Shown here piece by piece: positions 34,978 through 43,638 of a DNA stretch of 64,000 nucleotides (within the stretch, counting starts at the first letter, position 1; each line of letters opens with the position of its first letter). The notes under the pieces were generated by a model. It saw nothing but the letters and a program-made list of their open reading frames with translations, searched no databases and was not told where the DNA came from. The position numbers and the translations under genes were made by a program. Origin of the DNA: Clostridia bacterium (lineage in GTDB: Bacteria; Bacillota; Clostridia; Oscillospirales; CAG-272); NCBI GenBank assembly GCA_017468385.1, contig JAFUIQ010000011.1, positions 1,622-65,621 of the forward strand. The letters are read 5' to 3'.

Positions 34978-37217
34978 AAACAACGGCACAAAAGAACCGG
35001 CATCCCGGACGTGTGTTCCTGGCGAAAAGCAAAAACCGCCCCTATCTGGCGGCCTGTCCCGTACATATTGTCAACGCGGAGTTCTTTCTGGATCTGAAGC
35101 TGCAGAAGAAAGTGATGAAACTGCGGATGCAGAACCGGGGCGACGCGGCGGTGGCGGGAATGGTGATCTACGCCCGCTATCTGGATCGGGACGGAAACGT
35201 GATCGGCGCGGACAACGGATACATTGTTCTGAATTTTTCCAACATCTACTGCGCGCCCAACGAAACCACTCTCGGCTCCAAAACCGTAGTCCTGCCGTAT
35301 CAGGATATCTGCGGCATTGAGGCCTATGTCGGATCCCTTACCTTTGCCTCCGGCAAAACGGCGGAGTTCCATGTGGAGGATTACTCCCTCATGCCCGCCC
35401 AGGATATGCTGGAGAATCACATGAGCGAGAAGGAATTTGCCCTCCTGCGCCGCCGTTTCGGCAAACGGTGCGTGTTTGTTCCCCATATGGGAAAAGACAC
35501 CATGTGGCTGTGCTCCTGCGGTGCGGTCTGCCAGGACGGCATCTGTGCCGCCTGCGGCATGAAGAAAAAGCACGCCGCCTATCTGGCCTCGCGGAAAACC
35601 ACTCCCACGCTTCTGCGGCTTCTGCAGATCCGCTACGGGGCACTGCGTGCCCTGCCGTATGTGGCTGCGCTGATTCTGCTTGTGTCCGGCTTTGCGGTGC
35701 TGCGGCAGTATGCGGATCGGTATACCAATGTGACTTTGCCCGCCCAGCGGCTCAAAGTTACCCGCCAGTTTATGGAGGAGCACCGCTATAACGAAGCGCT
35801 GGGCTACAGCGTGAACAAGAATCAGGGCCTGCTGTATGAGGAGATTCTGGACGCGGCGGTTGCCCATTACTGCGAGATCGGTGACTTCGACAGTGCCGCC
35901 GATTACGAAAAGTGCCGGGAATATCCGGAGTACGAGGCCATCTATCGGGCGGCTGCCCGGCGGTATCTGCAGGAATCCGATGAGGGCTGCACCGAATACG
36001 CCCTCAGCACCCAGGATGCGGATCTGCGCAATCAGGTCCTGCGGAAAATGGCGGAAGACAAGCGGACGAAGGGGGAGCGGGATGCGGCCTGCGCGCTGGC
36101 TCTCATGATGAGCGGTGCGGAGGGGCAGAGTTATGCGGATACGGTCCTGTATGAAACCATTGCCGCCTACCTGGAGGAGTCCGATCACGAAAGAGCGGTG
36201 GCCTACATCGCCTATCTGACGGATAAGAGCCGGGTAGCCGAGGTTTGTCAGGGTATTGAGGCGGAGCTGCTGGACAAGGGACAGTACGAAAACGCCTTTG
36301 CGGTGGCCAGCATCACGGGAGATACCGGCGTGTTTGAGGCGGCTTATCCCCATGCCACCTCCGTCATGGTGCGTCGCTACTACGATAAATTCTTCCCCTT
36401 TATGAGTGCGGCGGATAAGATGACTTTCCTGGCCGCGGCTATAGCGGCGGAGGACGATGTGGCTGCTATCACATCGGGCGGCAAAGCCATCCACTCCTCC
36501 TTAGGTGAGTTGTGCGATAACGCCCTTTCCGTGGCTTGCGGAGACAAGTATGTGCTGGTTCTGCAGAACGACGGTACGGTGCGCTTCTTCGGTGAGGATA
36601 CTCATGGCCAGGGCAAGTGCGACGGCATCAGCAGCGTGATCGACATCGCCGCGGGGGAGGGACATTCCCTGCTTCTGCTGGCGGACGGCACGGTGCGTGC
36701 CTACGGCGATAATTCCGTTGGCCAGTGCGATGTGAGCGAGTGGCGCAACGTGGTCGATATAGCGGCCGGCGATCGCCATTCCGTGGGACTTACCTCCGAC
36801 GGAAAGGTGCTGGTCTGCGGATCGAATCAGTCCGGCCAGTGCGCCGTGACCGAATATACCGATGTGGTGGCCGTGGCCGCCGGGGATTATACGACCGTGC
36901 TTTTGTTCCGTGACAGCACGATGGCGGTGGAGGGCAATCTGTCCCTGGACGCTCTCGCTTGCCGCTCGTGGAATGATATCGTCCGTGTCAGCGTGTCCAA
37001 CGGACACCTGGTCGCATTGAACAGCGTGGGCCGCGTCATGTACGCCGGTGCCTCTGCCACAAAATCCGCATCGGCGGTGGACGGATGGGTCCGCGTGCGC
37101 CATATCGCGTGCGGTGACCGTGCCTCCTATGGTATCGATGCGCACGGTAAGATTTTGAGCTGCGGGGAAGATATCCCGAATCTGAACGGCAGCGGATGGG
37201 AGTCTCTGAAGCGATGA
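34974..37217 (+). CDS. Zn-ribbon / single-TM / helical-repeat / RCC1-repeat beta-propeller protein
   Basis: 4-nt overlap with the previous gene. CSCG..CAACG ribbon and a TM helix (YVAALILLVSGFAVL). C-terminal repeats DIAAGxxHS..L..DGTV...G.N..GQC are typical RCC1 blades. Confidence 0.75.
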   Translation: MKTTAQKNRHPGRVFLAKSKNRPYLAACPVHIVNAEFFLDLKLQKKVMKLRMQNRGDAAVAGMVIYARYLDRDGNVIGADNGYIVLNFSNIYCAPNETTLGSKTVVLPYQDICGIEAYVGSLTFASGKTAEFHVEDYSLMPAQDMLENHMSEKEFALLRRRFGKRCVFVPHMGKDTMWLCSCGAVCQDGICAACGMKKKHAAYLASRKTTPTLLRLLQIRYGALRALPYVAALILLVSGFAVLRQYADRYTNVTLPAQRLKVTRQFMEEHRYNEALGYSVNKNQGLLYEEILDAAVAHYCEIGDFDSAADYEKCREYPEYEAIYRAAARRYLQESDEGCTEYALSTQDADLRNQVLRKMAEDKRTKGERDAACALALMMSGAEGQSYADTVLYETIAAYLEESDHERAVAYIAYLTDKSRVAEVCQGIEAELLDKGQYENAFAVASITGDTGVFEAAYPHATSVMVRRYYDKFFPFMSAADKMTFLAAAIAAEDDVAAITSGGKAIHSSLGELCDNALSVACGDKYVLVLQNDGTVRFFGEDTHGQGKCDGISSVIDIAAGEGHSLLLLADGTVRAYGDNSVGQCDVSEWRNVVDIAAGDRHSVGLTSDGKVLVCGSNQSGQCAVTEYTDVVAVAAGDYTTVLLFRDSTMAVEGNLSLDALACRSWNDIVRVSVSNGHLVALNSVGRVMYAGASATKSASAVDGWVRVRHIACGDRASYGIDAHGKILSCGEDIPNLNGSGWESLKR

Positions 37218-38884
37218 CAGCCAGTACCGATACACAAACCAAACCCACCCCGAAGCGGATCGCTGTGCGGGTAATATGCATCGCCGCCGCGAGTTTGCTG
37301 TTGCTGTTTCTCGCGGTGAGCGGGATAATACTTTCGTGGGGATTGGTGCCTCTCACCGTGGAAGCGGGCGAGAACACCCCGCAGGCCGCGGAATTCGTGC
37401 GGTTCCCCCTGGCCCCGCTTTCCTGTGAAAGCGATCTGACGGACGGTGCCTATGCCCAAATCGGTGAGCACACCGTGCACTTCTCCCTGTGGGGCATTTC
37501 CATGCAGACGACGCTGACGGTGCAGGATACGGTGCCACCCCGCTTTACGGTGAAGCATCACGGTATCCAGCCCGGCGATCCGGTATCGGCGGCGGATTTT
37601 ATCGCCGAAGCGCAGGACTTCTCGGCGTACACGGCGGAGGTGCTCCTGCCGGAGAATATCGACAGGGCCGGTGAATACCCGGTGCAGATCCGTCTGACGG
37701 ACGCATGGGGAAATTGCGGGGAGCAGAGCGCTTCGCTGTTCGTGTTCTCCTTGCCGGATGTTTTGCTGATGGAGGCCGGATCCGATGCGGATACCCGTCT
37801 GGATGTTTTGCAGAACGCGGTCCCCGGTGCTGTTTTTGCGGAGGAGATTTCCGTGGAGAAGCGGGGACAGAAGTCCGTGGCCATACAGATCAACGGCTTT
37901 ACCTTCCCCCTGACTCTTGACATCCATGATACCCGGCCGCCGATGGCCCGCACCCTGTCGCTGACGGTACCCGGCGGATCGGATGAGATACCGGAGCCGG
38001 CGGACTTTGTGACAGAGGTTTCCGATGCTTCGGCGGTGACGGTTGCGTATGCCAAAACACCGGATTTCGAGACCCCCGGCAAGCGGGGCGTCACGCTGAT
38101 TCTGACCGACGAAGTGGGAAATGTGACCAAGCTTCGTGCCTCGTTTACCGTGACGGCGCCGGAGGAAGAACCGCTTCCGCCTCCCGTGGAGGTGAAGCTG
38201 CCGGTCATTCAGGGCGTGAAGAATCTTTTCATGAACGTGGGCACATGGATTTCCTACAAAAGCGGCGTCAGCGCCGCGGACAGTGAGGGAAATCCTCTCA
38301 CCGTGGAAGTGAATTCCTCCGCGGTTAAGAGGAACGAGCCCGGCGCATACACGATTACCTATACTGCCACCGATAAAAACGGAAATACCGCCTCGGCGCA
38401 GGCCACGGTTACCGTGTACGAGATCACGGAAGATATCCTGCGGCCTTATGTGAATAAGGTGCTGAACAAGATCCTGACGGAGAACATGACCCAGCTGGAA
38501 AAAGCCCGGGCCATCTACGACTGGATGAAGGCCCATGTGTCCTATACGGCCTATGCCTATAAGGATCATTGGATGCGCGCCGCCTATTCCGGATTTTTGA
38601 ACGGACGGGGCGACTGCTATGTGTATTACGCCATGGCCCGCAGCCTTTTGGATGCGGCGGGGATCGAAAATATGGAAATCTGCCGTGACAATCCCGCCAA
38701 ACCCCACTACTGGAATCTGGTGAACTGCGGGGACGGATGGTATCATTTCGATACCTGCCCCCACTATAGACAATATCCCCTGGAATCCTTTATGCTGACC
38801 GATGCGGAAGTGAAGGCCTATTCCGAAAACTGCGTGAAAGATTACTACAGTTTCGATGCCTCGCTGTATCCCGCTACCCCATAA
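37214..38884 (+). CDS. Membrane-anchored protein with Ig-like repeats and a C-terminal transglutaminase-like cysteine-protease core
   Basis: ATGA overlap with the RCC1 gene and an N-terminal TM helix. The blocks GRGDCYVYYAMARSLLDAAGIE ... HYWNLV ... WYHFDT give a Cys-His-Asp arrangement of the transglutaminase-like fold. Confidence 0.75.
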   Translation: MTASTDTQTKPTPKRIAVRVICIAAASLLLLFLAVSGIILSWGLVPLTVEAGENTPQAAEFVRFPLAPLSCESDLTDGAYAQIGEHTVHFSLWGISMQTTLTVQDTVPPRFTVKHHGIQPGDPVSAADFIAEAQDFSAYTAEVLLPENIDRAGEYPVQIRLTDAWGNCGEQSASLFVFSLPDVLLMEAGSDADTRLDVLQNAVPGAVFAEEISVEKRGQKSVAIQINGFTFPLTLDIHDTRPPMARTLSLTVPGGSDEIPEPADFVTEVSDASAVTVAYAKTPDFETPGKRGVTLILTDEVGNVTKLRASFTVTAPEEEPLPPPVEVKLPVIQGVKNLFMNVGTWISYKSGVSAADSEGNPLTVEVNSSAVKRNEPGAYTITYTATDKNGNTASAQATVTVYEITEDILRPYVNKVLNKILTENMTQLEKARAIYDWMKAHVSYTAYAYKDHWMRAAYSGFLNGRGDCYVYYAMARSLLDAAGIENMEICRDNPAKPHYWNLVNCGDGWYHFDTCPHYRQYPLESFMLTDAEVKAYSENCVKDYYSFDASLYPATP

Positions 38885-38906
38885 TCTGATTTTGGAGAAA
38901 TGTGTT

Positions 38907-39452
38907 ATGAAAAAACTTGCCGTTTTGCTGATCCTGAGCATGCTGATTTTCGGTGCCTGCACCCCCGCGGAAGTGCCGGTTACCCCCGACGATACGGATC
39001 CTGTTGTGTCCGATACCGCCGGTGATTCCGAAACGACTCCGCCCGCCCCCACTGCGGAGGACGGATTTGCCCTGACGTATAAGGATGCGCGCCTGATCCC
39101 CGGGGTACATATGGACGTGGAAGCCGTGCTCGGCGCCCCCGTCGATAAAACGGAAGCGCCCAGCTGCCTGCACGACGGCAATGATACCGTGTATTTCTAT
39201 GAGGATCTGGAGATCGTTACCTCTCCCTCCGCCCAGGGCGAGTACATCGTGTCCGTCACGGTGATCTCTCCGGCTGTGGCAACGGAGGAGGGAATCACCC
39301 TCGGTGCCAGCATCAGCGATGCCATTGCCGCCTGCGGCGAGGCAGAGGAGGCGTTTGGCCGCTATCTGTTCACCCGGGGCAATACCACCCTCACCATGAT
39401 GACCGATGACGACGGCGTCATCCTCTCCATCTCCTACGCCTTGGCGGAGTGA
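38907..39452 (+). CDS. Hypothetical small lipoprotein
   Basis: MKKLAVLLILSMLIFGAC lipobox, then a D/T/P-rich linker. Last gene of the operon. Confidence 0.6.
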   Translation: MKKLAVLLILSMLIFGACTPAEVPVTPDDTDPVVSDTAGDSETTPPAPTAEDGFALTYKDARLIPGVHMDVEAVLGAPVDKTEAPSCLHDGNDTVYFYEDLEIVTSPSAQGEYIVSVTVISPAVATEEGITLGASISDAIAACGEAEEAFGRYLFTRGNTTLTMMTDDDGVILSISYALAE

Positions 39453-39467
39453 AATATGCAATACAAT

Positions 39468-39500
39468 CGGCAGAGAGGTAGTCTCCCTGCCGGTTTTGTG
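39468..39500 (+). terminator. Terminator of the six-gene envelope operon
   Basis: CGGCAGAGAGG-TAG-TCTCCCTGCCG imperfect stem followed by GTTTTGTGTT. Confidence 0.6.
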
Positions 39501-39505
39501 TTATA

Positions 39506-40051
39506 ATGAATAGGGTGATGACAACGGATAATGAATTGCCGAAAAGAAAAAGCATTCGGTTAAAGAATTTTGATTATAGCACTGCCGGAGCATATTTTGT
39601 CACGATATGCTCAGAAAACAGGGAGAATTATTTTTGGAATGCCGGAATTGATCTGCAAATGTTCAAGTGGGAATCTGTAGGGGCGAACTGTGTTCGCCCG
39701 CAAAATCTTCCCCTATCCAATGTTGGAAAGATCGTTGCCGAAGAATTGGAACGGTGGGACAAAACATACGCTCCGGTTTTGTTACAGTCCTATGTGATCA
39801 TGCCGAATCATTTGCATATGATCGTTGTGATATCGGCGGATGAAAACGGGCGACCACAGGTCGCCCCTACATTGGATAGAATGGTTAAACAATTCAAAGG
39901 GGCTGTTACCAAGAAGGTCGGGAAACCAATTTGGCAAAAATCCTTTATAGAACATATCATTCGTGACAGAGAGGATTATGAAGCGAGACAAAAATATATC
40001 CGCGACAATCCGATTCGGTGGTATTATGAGAGATTGAATGCAGGAGAATAG
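39506..40051 (+). CDS. REP-associated tyrosine transposase-like / IS200-like Y1 transposase family protein (solitary)
   Basis: YVIMPNHLHMIVVI (HUH motif) and WQKSFIEHIIRDREDYEARQKYIRDNPIRW (catalytic Tyr region). No flanking terminal hairpins or REP clusters recognised. Confidence 0.75.
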   Translation: MNRVMTTDNELPKRKSIRLKNFDYSTAGAYFVTICSENRENYFWNAGIDLQMFKWESVGANCVRPQNLPLSNVGKIVAEELERWDKTYAPVLLQSYVIMPNHLHMIVVISADENGRPQVAPTLDRMVKQFKGAVTKKVGKPIWQKSFIEHIIRDREDYEARQKYIRDNPIRWYYERLNAGE

Positions 40052-40136
40052 TGGGTGACTATTAGGATAGGTTGGTAATACAAAGGCGACGCTGGTGATA
40101 GACAGAAGGATACATAATGATTTGACGGAGTACAAG

Positions 40137-40565
40137 ATGCATAGAATTTTTGGAGTAAAAGAAAATGCTGAATACTTAGACCGTGAGGGTATATACTTCA
40201 TTCCTTGCCGCAATACTCAAGTCGGTGTAGTTCAAACTTCCAAAGGTTACTTTTTCTTAGGCGGCGGTTTAGAGAGTGGAGAAAGTCACTTGGATTGTAT
40301 TAAGAGAGAGTGCATTGAAGAAGTAGGATATTCCCCCCGTGTTGAGGGCAGATTATGTTCTGCCGAAGCATATATCAAACATCCGACGATAGGATACTTT
40401 CATCCAATTCAAACATACTACTTCGGAACATTGCTTGATTGTAAATCTACCCCCACAGAAAAAGACCATGTTCTGTGCTGGATAGAATATGACCAACTAA
40501 AGGGAAAGATGTTTGTTGAAATGCAGAATTGGGCATTAGAGCAACTATCTGCATATTCGAAGTAA
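40137..40565 (+). CDS. NUDIX hydrolase
   Basis: Nudix box GGGLESGESHLDCIKRECIEEVGY (GX5EX7REUXEEXGU). ATG 40137 follows GGAG (the track start at 40095 is a GTG). Confidence 0.8.
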   Translation: MHRIFGVKENAEYLDREGIYFIPCRNTQVGVVQTSKGYFFLGGGLESGESHLDCIKRECIEEVGYSPRVEGRLCSAEAYIKHPTIGYFHPIQTYYFGTLLDCKSTPTEKDHVLCWIEYDQLKGKMFVEMQNWALEQLSAYSK

Positions 40566-40659
40566 ATCAACCAATTCCAGTTTATTAAGCGGATAAAAGA
40601 AATCCCCGACAGACGCTGAAAGTCTGCCGGGGTTTTAAAATTGTTAGATCAGCCCTTCC

Positions 40660-40854
40660 TCAATTTTCCTTCTCCGGAATGACCGCCTTGGCGGGATCAA
40701 TCTTCCCGTGGCACCGCTCAAAATAGGCGATGTTGGTGCGGATCAGGTGGAGCATCTGATTGTTCAGCGACCGGCCTTCCTCCGCCGATGCCACCAGCAA
40801 TTTCTTGTACAGCTCCTCGTCAATGCGTACCTCAAAGGTTACTTTGTTCTTCAT
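40660..40854 (-). CDS. Arc/CopG-type ribbon-helix-helix DNA-binding protein (64 aa)
   Basis: The pattern KVTFEVRIDEELYKKLLVASAEEGRSLNNQMLHLIR is a typical RHH beta-strand plus two helices. No toxin partner is adjacent. Confidence 0.65.
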   Translation of the reverse strand: MKNKVTFEVRIDEELYKKLLVASAEEGRSLNNQMLHLIRTNIAYFERCHGKIDPAKAVIPEKEN

Positions 40855-40965
40855 ATCGTTCTCCTGCCGGATGATGTTTTTTCTTTATTATACCGATTCC
40901 CTGTTGTCATTTGTTGAATATTGTGTTAAAATTTTCTTATATGAGATGCGTCATCAGGAGGATTT

Positions 40966-42489
40966 ATGCTTTCCGTTACCTATACAGCCGCCCTCAGCGG
41001 CCTTGAAGGATATCTTGTCACTGTGGAGTGCAGCGGGCAGAACAATTTGCCCCTGCTGGATATCGTGGGTCTGCCGGATATGGCGGTCCGCGAGGCACGC
41101 CAGCGGGTGAAAGCCGCGTGTGAGAGCTGCGGGATCCCCTTTCCCGAGATGGAATTGGTGGTGAATCTGGCGCCCGCCAATCGCCGCAAGGAAGGCTCCG
41201 CCTTCGATCTGGCCATGCTGACCGCCATCCTCCAATGCGGCGGCATCATCCCTCGGGATATCTCCATGGAGAATTTTTGCTTCATTGGCGAATTGTCCCT
41301 GTCCGGCCACGTCCGTGAGGTGTGCGGAGTTTTGAATATGACGCTGTCCGCCTATGAGGCGGGAAAGCGGGAGATCTTCGTGCCCGTGGGCAACGTGGCC
41401 GAAGCGGCCGCCGTGGAGGGGATGACCGTGTACGGCGTGCCCAGCATCGGTGCGCTGATCGATCATCTGACGGGCAGAGAAAAGCTCACGCCTGTGATCC
41501 CGAAAGCGGTGGATCTGAACGCCATCCCCGAGTCGCTGGACTTCTGCGATGTGAAGGGACAAAAGCGAGTCAAGCGTGCCTTGGAGATCGCCGCGGCGGG
41601 GAACCACAATATTCTCATGATCGGCGCCCCGGGATCGGGTAAATCCATGCTGGCCAAGCGGATGCCCTCCATCCTGCCGCCCTTGACCTTCCCCGAGGCG
41701 GTGGAGACCACGAAGATCCATTCCGTAGCGGGGATGCTGGGGGACGGCGGCCTGGTAACTACCCGCCCCTTCCGCGCACCCCATCATACCATGAGCGCCG
41801 CGTCTCTGGTGGGCGGCGGCAAGATTCCCGAGCCGGGCGAGATCGCTCTGGCGTCGGGCGGTATTCTGTTTCTGGATGAGCTGCCCGAATTCTCCCGCAC
41901 GGTGACGGAAAGCCTTCGTCAGCCACTGGAGGACGGACAGGTGACCATCACCCGCGCCGCGGGACGGTTCACGTTCCCCTGCCACATCATGCTGGTGTGC
42001 GCCATGAATCCCTGCCCCTGCGGCTATTACGGAAGCGAAGTGCGGCAGTGCACCTGCAAAAAGGACGCTATCGCCAAATATCTGGCCAAGATATCCGGTC
42101 CTCTCTTGGACCGCATTGATATGCACGTGGAAGTGCCCTCTCTCACCTTTGATGAGATGAGCCGTGCCGAAAAAGAAGAACCTTCCGCCGCCATCCGAGA
42201 GAGGGTAGTGCGGGCCAGAGAATTTGCCGCCCGCCGCTTTGCCGACGGAAACGGAGTGCCCAACGGTATGCTGACGCCTGCGCAGATTCAGGAAATGTGC
42301 ATCCCCGACGAGGCGGGCAAGGCGATCCTTCGCCGGGCCATGGATAAGATGGGGCTGTCCGCCCGGGGCTACGACCGGATTCTGCGGGTATCCCGTACCA
42401 TCGCGGATCTGGCGGGCAGTGAAGCCATCACCGCCGCCCACGTGGCGGAGGCGGTACAGCTCCGCGCGCTGGATCGGAAATATTGGTAA
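40966..42489 (+). CDS. yifB: YifB/ComM-family Mg-chelatase-like AAA+ ATPase
   Basis: N-terminal Lon-like domain, Walker A GAPGSGKSMLA, Walker B ILFLDELPEF, Zn-finger-like CPCGYYGSEVRQCTC and C-terminal SARGYDRILRVSRTIADL. Confidence 0.95.
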   Translation: MLSVTYTAALSGLEGYLVTVECSGQNNLPLLDIVGLPDMAVREARQRVKAACESCGIPFPEMELVVNLAPANRRKEGSAFDLAMLTAILQCGGIIPRDISMENFCFIGELSLSGHVREVCGVLNMTLSAYEAGKREIFVPVGNVAEAAAVEGMTVYGVPSIGALIDHLTGREKLTPVIPKAVDLNAIPESLDFCDVKGQKRVKRALEIAAAGNHNILMIGAPGSGKSMLAKRMPSILPPLTFPEAVETTKIHSVAGMLGDGGLVTTRPFRAPHHTMSAASLVGGGKIPEPGEIALASGGILFLDELPEFSRTVTESLRQPLEDGQVTITRAAGRFTFPCHIMLVCAMNPCPCGYYGSEVRQCTCKKDAIAKYLAKISGPLLDRIDMHVEVPSLTFDEMSRAEKEEPSAAIRERVVRAREFAARRFADGNGVPNGMLTPAQIQEMCIPDEAGKAILRRAMDKMGLSARGYDRILRVSRTIADLAGSEAITAAHVAEAVQLRALDRKYW

Positions 42490-42502
42490 AAAGGAGAATG
42501 GT

Positions 42503-43231
42503 ATGCTTGCGAAAGTGATAACGGAAGATAATCGCGGATACTACTCCACGGTGTTTGGTAGTTTTGGCGAGGGTTGGTACCGGCTTCTGATTACATACGA
42601 CGATGCCAAAGATTGCTTTGATGCGGTGTACATGTACCGTACGGAGCCCCACGTTACACGCAAGGTGTTCATTCTTGACTGTGACGAATCCGAATGGAAA
42701 ACCAGTGATGCCGTGTATCTGGAGGGGGGATTGTCCGATAAAGATGCCAAAGGCTATCCGTGGCTGTTGGATAATCCGGAGTTGGTATCCCGGATCTTTC
42801 ACGGTGAAGCAGTGGATGCATCCTACAAGGCCATCGCCAAGGAAATGAACGCCGCGTTGCGTATTGGAGAGTGGAAGTACGTGGAAACGGAGACCGATGC
42901 GGAGAACCTTATGAGTGCCGCCTGGGGATTCCATGACGGGATTATTCAAGGGATTTCCTATAAAACGGACACATATGATACTTCCAGAGTGGAAGTGGTG
43001 TTCGGCGGGTGCTGGAACTGCACGGTTACTCTTGTGTTTGAAGGAGATATCGTGGCCCATTATGCACGGTTGGAACGGTCGGATATTTACATCTTTGAGG
43101 CCACTCTGTTGTTTGAGAACGGATACGTGTATTGGGTTAATTGTGTAGTGAAGTCTACCGACGAAATCTCGGAAAATTGTATCTATTTCCGGGGAAGATC
43201 CCTGAAATGGAAGATCGAAACGGAAGAATAA
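42503..43231 (+). CDS. Hypothetical protein (242 aa)
   Basis: AAAGGAGAA RBS and coding-like composition, followed by the terminator at 43238-43261. No family recognised. Confidence 0.55.
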   Translation: MLAKVITEDNRGYYSTVFGSFGEGWYRLLITYDDAKDCFDAVYMYRTEPHVTRKVFILDCDESEWKTSDAVYLEGGLSDKDAKGYPWLLDNPELVSRIFHGEAVDASYKAIAKEMNAALRIGEWKYVETETDAENLMSAAWGFHDGIIQGISYKTDTYDTSRVEVVFGGCWNCTVTLVFEGDIVAHYARLERSDIYIFEATLLFENGYVYWVNCVVKSTDEISENCIYFRGRSLKWKIETEE

Positions 43232-43271
43232 AGAAAAAGCATCCCGCATGGGATGCTTTTTGTGTGGTTGG

Positions 43272-43367
43272 ATAGGGATTCGGTCTCGCCTGCGGGCTCG
43301 GTCAGGGTGCGGGAAAACCGTCCACTGGACGCTTTTCTTACACGCACCCGTTCGAATCCCTTTCAAT
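43272..43367. repeat. tRNA-Gln(CTG)-derived structured repeat unit, copy 1
   Basis: I saw no mismatches against 43423-43518 by eye. The arms AGGGATTCG...CGAATCCCT and GGGTGCG...CGCACCC pair, and there is an inner hairpin CGTCCA-CT-GGACG. Confidence 0.85.
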
Positions 43368-43412
43368 CCAAACAAAACAAAAACAGACACCGGATGGTGT
43401 CTGTTTTTATTT

Positions 43413-43518
43413 TGGCTGCCGAATAGGGATTCGGTCTCGCCTGCGGGCTCGGTCAGGGTGCGGGAAAACCGTCCACTGGACGCTTTTCTTACACGCACCC
43501 GTTCGAATCCCTTTCAAT
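43413..43518. repeat. tRNA-Gln(CTG)-derived structured repeat unit, copy 2 (retains the full tRNA 3' end TGGCTGCCGAATAGGGATTCG)
   Basis: The first 21 nt are identical to 43565-43585 of the intact tRNA gene. The remainder is identical to copy 1. Confidence 0.85.
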
Positions 43519-43531
43519 TTCAACAAAACAA

Positions 43532-43564
43532 AACGGGCATCCCGAATGGGATACCCGTTTTCTT
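43532..43564 (-). terminator. Terminator of tRNA-Gln(CTG)
   Basis: AACGGGCATCCC-GAAT-GGGATACCCGTT with T-rich tracts on both strands. Confidence 0.7.
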
Positions 43565-43638
43565 TGGCTGCCGAATAGGGATTCGAACCCCAACAAACAG
43601 AGTCAGAGTCTGTCGTGCTACCGTTACACAATTCGGCA
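43565..43638 (-). tRNA. tRNA-Gln (anticodon CUG), CCA encoded
   Basis: Reverse complement TGCCGAATTGTGTAACGGTAGCACGACAGACTCTGACTCTGTTTGTTGGGGTTCGAATCCCTATTCGGCAGCCA. Anticodon stem ACAGA/TCTGT with loop CTCTGAC; T-loop TTCGAAT. Confidence 0.9.

Noticed and set aside
34926-39181. 522-aa and 684-aa minus-strand ORFs (34926-36494 and 37127-39181)
   Set aside because: They are antisense to the RCC1 and transglutaminase-like genes, which have coherent domain architecture, coupled starts and SD sequences. The antisense translations are H/G/R/I-rich with no motifs.
40954-42441. 495-aa minus-strand ORF
   Set aside because: It is antisense to yifB/comM, whose Walker motifs are on the plus strand.
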